Notes: generated by a model not told the origin, from the letters alone. Numbered from the stretch's first letter, positions 1-5,619 are shown. The stretch: 64,000 bases of DNA from a virus (IMGVR_UViG_3300043409_001462:109385-173384); one strand, 5' to 3'. Program-made: numbers and translations.

Positions 1-4
1 TAAT

Positions 5-80
5 GGACCATTAGCTCAGCTGGTAGAGCAGGAGACTCTTAATCTCTTTGTCGCAGGTTCGATCCCTGCATGGTTCACCA
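5..80 (+). tRNA. tRNA-Lys(CTT)
   Basis: Full cloverleaf, anticodon loop CTCTTAA, TTCGATC T-loop, encoded CCA. Confidence 0.95.
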
Positions 81-86
81 AAGTTT

Positions 87-162
87 TCCGCGATAGCTCA
101 GTTGGTAGAGCGTCTGACTGTTAATCAGAATGTCCCTGGTTCGAGCCCAGGTCGTGGAGCCA
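87..162 (+). tRNA. tRNA-Asn(GTT)
   Basis: Cloverleaf, loop CTGTTAA, U1-A72, G73, CCA. Confidence 0.95.
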
Positions 163-166
163 ATTT

Positions 167-241
167 GGTCCGTTAGCTCAGCGGAAGAGCAACTCCTTTA
201 CACGGAGAAGGTCGGCAGTTCAACCCTGTCACGGACTACCA
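167..241 (+). tRNA. tRNA-Val(TAC)
   Basis: Cloverleaf, loop TTTACAC, CCA. Confidence 0.93.
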
Positions 242-245
242 TTAT

Positions 246-321
246 GGGGACATAGCTCAGTTGGGAGAGCGTCTGATTTGCATTCAGAAGGTCTGCGGTT
301 CGATCCCGCATGTCTCCACCA
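246..321 (+). tRNA. tRNA-Ala(TGC)
   Basis: Cloverleaf, loop TTTGCAT, G3-U70, CCA. Confidence 0.95.
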
Positions 322-415
322 TAGGTGATGAGTTGTAGGTAAACCTGAATGCGCTAGGGAACCTTCCTAACTGTTGAGTGATGATGTCGTCACGCACTAG
401 TTACTCAACAGTCCA
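322..415 (+). ncRNA. Candidate structured small RNA within the tRNA array, ending in CCA
   Basis: Two short hairpins, then a 12-bp stem 370-381/401-412 followed directly by CCA; not a cloverleaf. Confidence 0.35.
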
Positions 416-420
416 GTTTC

Positions 421-496
421 GCCCGTATAGCTCATCTGGTAGAGCACCTGTTTTGTACTCAGGAGGCGGTGGGTTCGAGTCCTGCTGCGGGCACCA
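421..496 (+). tRNA. tRNA-Thr(TGT)
   Basis: Cloverleaf, loop TTTGTAC (T31-T39 mismatch), CCA. Confidence 0.92.
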
Positions 497-502
497 TTCT
501 AT

Positions 503-577
503 CGCGGGGTGGAGAAGTAGAATCTCGTTTGGCTCATACCCAAAAGACCGTCTGTGCAATTCAGACCTCCGCAACCA
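503..577 (+). tRNA. Initiator-type tRNA-fMet(CAT), atypical
   Basis: CGCGGGG acceptor with C1/A72 mismatch, loop CTCATAC, CCA; T-loop TGCAATT and D-loop non-canonical. Confidence 0.85.
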
Positions 578-580
578 ATT

Positions 581-655
581 GCTCTCGTACGCATCTGGTG
601 AGGCGACCCCTCTGTCTAAGGGGCGAGGAGGGTTCGATTCCCTTCGAGAGCGCCA
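581..655 (+). tRNA. tRNA-Asp(GTC)
   Basis: Cloverleaf, loop CTGTCTA, G73, CCA. Confidence 0.92.
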
Positions 656-672
656 CTTAATAAGGCTGTATT

Positions 673-1278
673 ATGCAAAATGAAGTGATAAGTCTTTTCC
701 CAACAGCTGTTATGAAGTCTACATTGGACAGAAAACTTTCAAGAAAAGAAGTTAATTTTGTAAAGAAGAATTTTAAAAATATTAGAAGCAATTTGCAAAA
801 CAGTACTAGTTGTGATAATTATATTTTAGAAAACCAAGAATTTGTTTCTTTGAAAGAGTTTATTGAAACACAGTTAGATGTATATTACAGAAAAGTATTA
901 AATGTTGATACAAGCTCAAAGATCTACATTACACAATCATGGTTGAATTATTCTAAGCCAGGTGAATCACATCATCCACATACACATACTAATAGTTTTT
1001 TGAGTGGCGTATTCTACATTAGCACAAATGAAAATGATAGAATTTTCTTTAGAAAACAAAAAGAATTTATACATATACCACCAACTGTTTGTAATGTTTG
1101 GAATTCTGATTTGTGGGCATTGTCAGCTGTAGAAGGATATCTTTATATTTTTCCTTCAAACCTTGAGCATTATGTGGAAAAAATAACAGGTAGTAAAACA
1201 AGAATTAGTTTGAGTTTCAATTCATTCATATCTGGAAAAATTGGAGCTCCTGATTTCTTATCAGAATTAAAGATATAA
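673..1278 (+). CDS. 2OG-Fe(II) oxygenase (TIGR02466-like)
   Basis: SWLN...HHPHTH...SGVFY...IFPSNLEH...RISLSFN motif set. Confidence 0.85.
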   Translation: MQNEVISLFPTAVMKSTLDRKLSRKEVNFVKKNFKNIRSNLQNSTSCDNYILENQEFVSLKEFIETQLDVYYRKVLNVDTSSKIYITQSWLNYSKPGESHHPHTHTNSFLSGVFYISTNENDRIFFRKQKEFIHIPPTVCNVWNSDLWALSAVEGYLYIFPSNLEHYVEKITGSKTRISLSFNSFISGKIGAPDFLSELKI

Positions 1279-1279
1279 T

Positions 1280-1354
1280 TGGGGATTAGTTAAATTGGTA
1301 TAACGGAGGATTCTGACTCCTTTGTTCGAGGTTCGAGTCCTTGATCCCCAGCCA
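1280..1354 (+). tRNA. tRNA-Gln(CTG)
   Basis: Cloverleaf, loop TTCTGAC, U1-A72, CCA. Confidence 0.93.
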
Positions 1355-1357
1355 ATT

Positions 1358-1432
1358 GGTGCCTGAGTAGGACGGTAATGCGCAGGTCTGCAAAACCTTG
1401 AGAACCCAGTTCAACTCTGGGAGGCACCTCCA
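1358..1432 (+). tRNA. tRNA-Cys(GCA)
   Basis: Loop CTGCAAA, U73, CCA. Confidence 0.92.
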
Positions 1433-1440
1433 AATTTTGT

Positions 1441-1515
1441 GCGGGTATAGCTCAGTGGTAGAGCACTTCGTTGCCAACGAAGATGTCGTCGGTTCGACCC
1501 CGATTGCCCGCTCCA
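1441..1515 (+). tRNA. tRNA-Gly(GCC)
   Basis: Cloverleaf, loop TTGCCAA, U73, CCA. Confidence 0.95.
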
Positions 1516-1592
1516 GTTCCGATAGCTCAACTGAATAGAGCAACGGTCTACGAAACCGTAGGTTGAGGGTTTGAGTCCTTCTCGGAACACCA
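1516..1592 (+). tRNA. tRNA-Arg(ACG)
   Basis: Abuts tRNA-Gly with no spacer; loop CTACGAA, CCA. Confidence 0.92.
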
Positions 1593-1610
1593 TTCATAGA
1601 AAGGTATATA

Positions 1611-2207
1611 ATGATTAGCAAACATTTATTGAATGAATTGAATTATATTGTAATTGATAGTGGTGTAAAGATGGAAGGTAATTTGTTTTACTACCATCAG
1701 ACGACACCATCTGATAATCTTTACGAACCTTTCGAAAAGAAACGTCAGAACCTACAGCTATTGGCTAAGAAGTTTGATAACATTATGGAGATCGGTTTCA
1801 ATGCTGGCCATAGTGCTGCTTTGATGCTCGAAGCCAATCCTAATCTGTTCTTGGTTAGCATCGATATTGGTGAACATAGCTATGTTTCTTCATGCGGAAA
1901 GGCTATTCAATCTGCTTTCCCTGGAAGGCACCAGCTTATCATCAAGGATTCGAAGCTTATCACTCAGAAAGAAATTAGCTTCGCTCAAGCTGTCATCGTT
2001 GATGGTGGTCATGAATTTGATGATTGCTCTGCAGACTTGGAGTTGTGTAAAACGTACTGCGCGCCAGGAACAGTTATCGTTATCGACGATATTGATTTGA
2101 ATGGAGTGCAGCTTGCGTATAGGCATCACTCTAGAAGTTTGTCAGTATGGAAAGATATTGAAACAATATATAACCAAGCTTTCTTCACATTAAACTCGCC
2201 CGAGTAG
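1611..2207 (+). CDS. Class I SAM-dependent methyltransferase (Methyltransf_24-like)
   Basis: MEIGFNAGHS, SIDIG, VDGGH, IVIDD motifs; stop codon lies inside the following tRNA-Leu. Confidence 0.8.
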   Translation: MISKHLLNELNYIVIDSGVKMEGNLFYYHQTTPSDNLYEPFEKKRQNLQLLAKKFDNIMEIGFNAGHSAALMLEANPNLFLVSIDIGEHSYVSSCGKAIQSAFPGRHQLIIKDSKLITQKEISFAQAVIVDGGHEFDDCSADLELCKTYCAPGTVIVIDDIDLNGVQLAYRHHSRSLSVWKDIETIYNQAFFTLNSPE

Positions 2208-2274
2208 TCCAATTGGCAGAGGCGCTGGTCTTAGAAACCAGATGTTGGGGGTTCAAATCCCTCCTCGGGCACCA
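2198..2274 (+). tRNA. tRNA-Leu(TAG), short variable loop
   Basis: Cloverleaf, loop CTTAGAA, A73, 5-nt variable loop, CCA. Confidence 0.9.
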
Positions 2275-2277
2275 TTT

Positions 2278-2391
2278 TAGGTTGTGTTCAGCATACAATG
2301 GATGAACCAGTCGGTCGGGTGTTCGAGTCACCCCAGGAGCTCCTTGCTTCTGTAGCTCAGTGGTAGAGCAACTGCCAAAAAGTACAACCTG
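2278..2391 (+). ncRNA. Array unit 1: YrlA-type Y-RNA-like RNA with circularly permuted tRNA domain
   Basis: Terminal stem TAGGTTGTG/TACAACCTG; inside, T arm (2317-2333), closed acceptor stem (2334-2352), D arm (2355-2369), anticodon-stem halves CAGT/ACTG. Confidence 0.85.
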
Positions 2392-2404
2392 TTGAAAATA
2401 GTGC

Positions 2405-2433
2405 TTGACTTATCCGTAGATAAAGCGTATTAT
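2405..2433 (+). promoter_or_regulatory. Sigma70-type promoter for array units 2-6 and the DUF2828 gene
   Basis: TTGACT-17-TATTAT, with the AGTGC upstream of -35 also seen at 13471 and 14548. Confidence 0.75.
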
Positions 2434-2449
2434 ATGTGTATTGAGTTTG

Positions 2450-2585
2450 AGATTGACCGTTCAGCAAACAGCTTTTGATCAAGCTAGTAGCCCCTGGGCT
2501 ACGTATAGACTGGCTTTATACCTGGTCTCCAGTGGTTGTTTCTTCGGGCGTCCACTATAAAAAAATGAAATAAGAAGTCAATCTG
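2450..2585 (+). ncRNA. Array unit 2: Y-RNA-like unit with multi-hairpin payload
   Basis: Stem AGATTGAC/GTCAATCT, GTTCAGCA motif, four internal hairpins. Confidence 0.7.
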
Positions 2586-2593
2586 TTGAGTTT

Positions 2594-2684
2594 TAGGAAG
2601 CATTCGGCAAACAATTATTGATTGGTTCAACTCCAATACCAGCGGTTCACGCTAGTACGCCTCGTGTGGGGCAACTGCTTCCTG
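2594..2684 (+). ncRNA. Array unit 3: Y-RNA-like unit with minimal permuted tRNA (T arm-acceptor-D arm)
   Basis: Stem AGGAAGCA/TGCTTCCT, TTCGGCA motif, T arm ATTGG-TTCAACT-CCAAT, 7-bp acceptor-like hairpin, D-like hairpin. Confidence 0.75.
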
Positions 2685-2692
2685 TTGAGTTC

Positions 2693-2752
2693 TAGGATTG
2701 TTACAGCATAAATGCACTTGATTTGTAATCAAACCCGCAAAGGGCAATCCTG
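2693..2752 (+). ncRNA. Array unit 4: Y-RNA-like unit with tRNA-Thr(UGU) anticodon arm
   Basis: Stem AGGATTGT/GCAATCCT, TACAGCA motif, TTGA-TTTGTAA-TCAA hairpin. Confidence 0.75.
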
Positions 2753-2760
2753 TTGAGTTT

Positions 2761-2814
2761 TAGGGTCAGTTCCGCATCTAAAATGATTGCATATATCAAA
2801 CCAAGATGACCCTG
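2761..2814 (+). ncRNA. Array unit 5: Y-RNA-like unit with 7-nt-loop hairpin
   Basis: Stem AGGGTCA/TGACCCT, GTTCCGCA motif, TGAT-TGCATAT-ATCA hairpin. Confidence 0.7.
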
Positions 2815-2821
2815 TTGAGTT

Positions 2822-2876
2822 TAGATTCAGTTCCGCAACCAATCAAATCGACTTGAAATCGACCAAAGTGAATCTG
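2822..2876 (+). ncRNA. Array unit 6: Y-RNA-like unit with Ser(UGA)-type anticodon arm
   Basis: Stem AGATTCA/TGAATCT, GTTCCGCA motif, TCGA-CTTGAAA-TCGA hairpin. Confidence 0.75.
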
Positions 2877-2896
2877 TCGTAAAATGGAGAAGTGAA

Positions 2897-4327
2897 ATGA
2901 ATACCTTTGTAAATGCCGTTGTTAATCAGGAAGCTCGTACCGAAAATGGTATGAAGGCTCGCCAGTCTACTGCTAATGCATTGACTGATCTGTTCTTCAA
3001 GATCGGTGCTATGCGTGGTCAGAATGTAATTCCTGCTTGGACTGCTGCTCGTGCTCATGATACTTTGCTTGCATCTCGTATCGCTCTTTGGGCACGTGAT
3101 GTTCGTGGTGGTGCTGGTGAACGTAAAATCTTCCGTGACATTTTAGTTGATCTTGCTTCAGCTGATCCTCATCGTGGTGTGGCTCTTGGTCGTAAGATTC
3201 CAGAGCTTGGTCGTTGGGATGACTTCCTTGTGTTCGTTGGTACCCCTCTTGAGGAGTATGCGTTCGAAACTATCCGCGAAGCTCTCGAAGCTGGTAATGG
3301 TCTCTGTGCAAAGTGGATGCCTCGTCAAGGTGAAACAGCTGTAAAGCTTCGTAAGTACCTTGGTTGGACTCCTAAGTTCTACCGAAAGCGTCTGGTTGAA
3401 TTGACCAAGGTTGTCGAAACTCAGATGTGCGCTAAGGACTGGGATAACATCAACTTCAACCATGTTCCTTCGGTTGCTTCTTCTCGTTACAAGAAGGCAT
3501 TCGCTCGTCATACTGACAAGTACAAGGAATGGACTGCGGCTCTTGTTTCTACTGATCCAGAGGTGGCTAAGTCTGTTAAGGTCAATGCTGGTGCGGTTTA
3601 TCCTTACGATGTGTTGAAGGGTGTGATTAATCATTATGGGCGTTATGATCAATCTAACTTGAATCATATCCTTGCTCAGTGGGAAGCTTTGCCTAACTTC
3701 GTTGGTAATGCTAACATTCTTCCGCTTGTTGACGTTTCTGGTTCAATGACTTCGAAGGCTGGTGGTTATCAGTCAAAGTCAGAAGTAACCTGCCTTGATG
3801 TTGCAGTTTCTCTTGGTCTGTATCTCGCAGACAAAAACAAGGGTAAGTTCAAGGATACTTTCTTGACCTTCTCTAGCGATCCTCAGCTGCTTCATCTTCG
3901 CGGTAACATCCTCGATAAGGTAAAGCAGATGGTATCTTCAAAGTGGGAAATGAACACCAATTTGCATCGTGCGTTGGATAAGATCCTTCGCACCGCGATT
4001 GAAGGTAACGTTCCTCAGTCAGAAATGCCAGGTGCATTGTTGATCCTTTCTGATATGCAGTTTGATTCTTGCACTCGTCACGATGACTCTGCTATGGAAA
4101 TGATTAAGCGTAAGTATGTTGATGCTGGTTACAATGTACCTAACATTGTGTTCTGGAATCTCAATGCTCACGACAATGTTCCTGTCAAGTATGACACTCG
4201 TGGTGCTGCTCTTGTTTCTGGTTTCTCACCTTCTATCGTTAAGGCTGTTCTGCAGGCTGAGATGGATAACTTTACGCCAGAAGCTATCATGATGCAAACC
4301 ATTATGAACCCACGATATGACTACTAA
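2897..4327 (+). CDS. DUF2828-family protein with C-terminal vWA domain (putatively Ro60/TROVE-like)
   Basis: ARDVRGGAGER, GRWDD, AKWMPR, MIDAS DVSGSM, LSDMQFD, IVFWNL, VSGFS motifs; GGAGA RBS; strong highly-expressed codon bias. Confidence 0.8.
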   Translation: MNTFVNAVVNQEARTENGMKARQSTANALTDLFFKIGAMRGQNVIPAWTAARAHDTLLASRIALWARDVRGGAGERKIFRDILVDLASADPHRGVALGRKIPELGRWDDFLVFVGTPLEEYAFETIREALEAGNGLCAKWMPRQGETAVKLRKYLGWTPKFYRKRLVELTKVVETQMCAKDWDNINFNHVPSVASSRYKKAFARHTDKYKEWTAALVSTDPEVAKSVKVNAGAVYPYDVLKGVINHYGRYDQSNLNHILAQWEALPNFVGNANILPLVDVSGSMTSKAGGYQSKSEVTCLDVAVSLGLYLADKNKGKFKDTFLTFSSDPQLLHLRGNILDKVKQMVSSKWEMNTNLHRALDKILRTAIEGNVPQSEMPGALLILSDMQFDSCTRHDDSAMEMIKRKYVDAGYNVPNIVFWNLNAHDNVPVKYDTRGAALVSGFSPSIVKAVLQAEMDNFTPEAIMMQTIMNPRYDY

Positions 4328-4396
4328 GGAAAAGCTTATAGTATTCCTTATGCTAATGTGGATGCCCATTGTTGTGATGGGCATCCTATTCTTCAC

Positions 4397-4472
4397 GCTG
4401 CAATAGCTCAGTTGGTAGAGCACTTGATTAGTAATCAAGATGTCGCGAGTTCGATCCTTGCTTGCAGCACCA
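4397..4472 (+). tRNA. tRNA-Thr(AGT)
   Basis: Perfect cloverleaf, stem CTTGA/TCAAG, loop TTAGTAA, CCA. Confidence 0.9.
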
Positions 4473-4549
4473 GCCCATATAGTCCAATTGGAAGAGGCGT
4501 CGGCTTCAAACTCCGAATGTTGTAGGTTCGAGTCCTACTATGGGCACCA
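4473..4549 (+). tRNA. tRNA-Leu(CAA), short variable loop
   Basis: Aligns position-for-position with tRNA-Leu(TAG); loop TTCAAAC with C31-T39 mismatch; CCA. Confidence 0.8.
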
Positions 4550-4550
4550 T

Positions 4551-4624
4551 GCTACCTTAGTGTAATGGCAGCACCCGAGTTTGTGGAGCTTGGAGCACAG
4601 GATCGATACCTGTAGGTAGTACCA
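4551..4624 (+). tRNA. tRNA-His(GTG), alphaproteobacterial type (no G-1, G1-U72, A73)
   Basis: Loop TTGTGGA, acceptor GCTACCT/AGGTAGT, ACCA; base -1 is T. Confidence 0.88.
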
Positions 4625-4631
4625 TATTAAT

Positions 4632-4706
4632 GCCGATGTAGCTCAGTGGTAGAGCATTCGCTTCATACGCGACTGGTCACTGGTTCAAATCCAGTTTTCG
4701 GCACCA
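4632..4706 (+). tRNA. tRNA with CAT anticodon (probably elongator Met)
   Basis: Cloverleaf, loop TTCATAC, CCA. Confidence 0.85.
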
Positions 4707-4760
4707 ATCCCCGCCATCCCGATACGTCGGTTGGCACCTCCAGCTTCAGGGCTGGAGAAT

Positions 4761-4836
4761 GCTCCTCTGGTATAGCTGGTGCGTACGCTCGTCTGAAGAA
4801 CGAGAGGATGCGGTTCGATTCCGTGGGGGAGCACCA
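4761..4836 (+). tRNA. tRNA-Phe(GAA)
   Basis: Loop CTGAAGA, T arm, CCA. Confidence 0.9.
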
Positions 4837-4838
4837 AA

Positions 4839-4846
4839 TATAAATA
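4839..4846 (+). promoter_or_regulatory. T4-type late promoter
   Basis: TATAAATA. Confidence 0.65.
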
Positions 4847-4864
4847 TCTCAAAATGGAGATATT

Positions 4865-4975
4865 ATGTACAAAATATACACGCTAGTGATTGATAACATT
4901 ACCAAATTAGTTTGGTTAGCATTAATGACCTATTGGTTATCCGATGGTGTCAAGATAACGTCGCTATTCAAATGA
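4865..4975 (+). CDS. 36-aa hydrophobic peptide (not in ORF track)
   Basis: GGAGA RBS, MYKIYTLVIDNITKLVWLALMTYWLSDGVKITSLFK, ATGA overlap with the next start. Confidence 0.5.
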   Translation: MYKIYTLVIDNITKLVWLALMTYWLSDGVKITSLFK

Positions 4976-5619
4976 AGAAATTAGCTCTCTTCAATCATCA
5001 CCCTGAATGTTCTAATCAGTGTTGTATGGGTATGATGAGAGCTTTAGAACCACATTATAAAGTCAAGTGGTTTGATGTTCGTTCCAATCTAGACGAGGTG
5101 CTTGATAATGTGGATGGGTTACTTTTTCCTGGTGGCATTGGCGATAGTGATTCCTATTTCGATTTCTTTACACGTTCTAAAGCTAACAAAATCGCATCGT
5201 TTATTGCTAGAGGCGGTCGGTATATCGGCATTTGTATGGGTGCTTATTGGGCTGGGTCTAGATATTTTGACATTCTTGACAATGTAGATGCGGTTCAGTA
5301 TATTAAAAGACCAACAGCTGAGATACGCCGAAGCTATGGCACGGTTGCTGATATCGAATGGCTTGGTCAAAAAGAAAAGATGTTCTTCTATGATGGCTGT
5401 ACCTTTGTTGGACCAGGTCGCTATGATACTATTGCCAAGTATGCCAACGATGAACCAATGGCGATCATTCAAGGCAACATAGGTATTATTGGTTGCCACC
5501 CTGAGAGCGAAGAGTTTTGGTTCGAAGATCCTTATCAATATATCAACAAACACTGGCATAAAGGTAAGCATCATCAGTTACTACTAGAATTCGTAAATAA
5601 GTTATGGAGAGTTGGCTGA
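4972..5619 (+). CDS. BPL_N-like class I glutamine amidotransferase domain protein
   Basis: FPGG, YIGICMGAY nucleophile elbow, GCHPE; ATG at 4972 preferred over 4912. Confidence 0.8.
   Translation: MKKLALFNHHPECSNQCCMGMMRALEPHYKVKWFDVRSNLDEVLDNVDGLLFPGGIGDSDSYFDFFTRSKANKIASFIARGGRYIGICMGAYWAGSRYFDILDNVDAVQYIKRPTAEIRRSYGTVADIEWLGQKEKMFFYDGCTFVGPGRYDTIAKYANDEPMAIIQGNIGIIGCHPESEEFWFEDPYQYINKHWHKGKHHQLLLEFVNKLWRVG

Noticed and set aside
322-420. HDV-like (theta) ribozyme after tRNA-Ala
   Set aside because: Could not find the nested double pseudoknot or the catalytic-C junction by eye
378-683. ORFs 378-683, 469-660, 1286-1621, 1411-1593, 4646-4843, 5714-5944 and the 5' part of 16098-16358
   Set aside because: They overlap clear tRNA genes; shadow ORFs
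2278-2876. CRISPR array interpretation of the repeated CTGTTGAGTTTTAG motif
   Set aside because: The constant part is only about 14 nt, unit lengths range from about 54 to 136 nt, each unit's two ends are complementary, and no cas genes are adjacent; it fits a structured RNA array
4361-4385. Hairpin GATGCCCAT-TGTTGTG-ATGGGCATC as a seventh array unit
   Set aside because: Lacks the AG...CT frame, TTCNGCA motif and linker; more likely a terminator or processing stem after the DUF2828 gene
4473-4549. Opal (TCA) suppressor reading of CTTCAAA
   Set aside because: Alignment with tRNA-Leu(TAG) places the loop at TTCAAAC (CAA); the TCA register breaks the stem, and genes here use TGA as a normal stop
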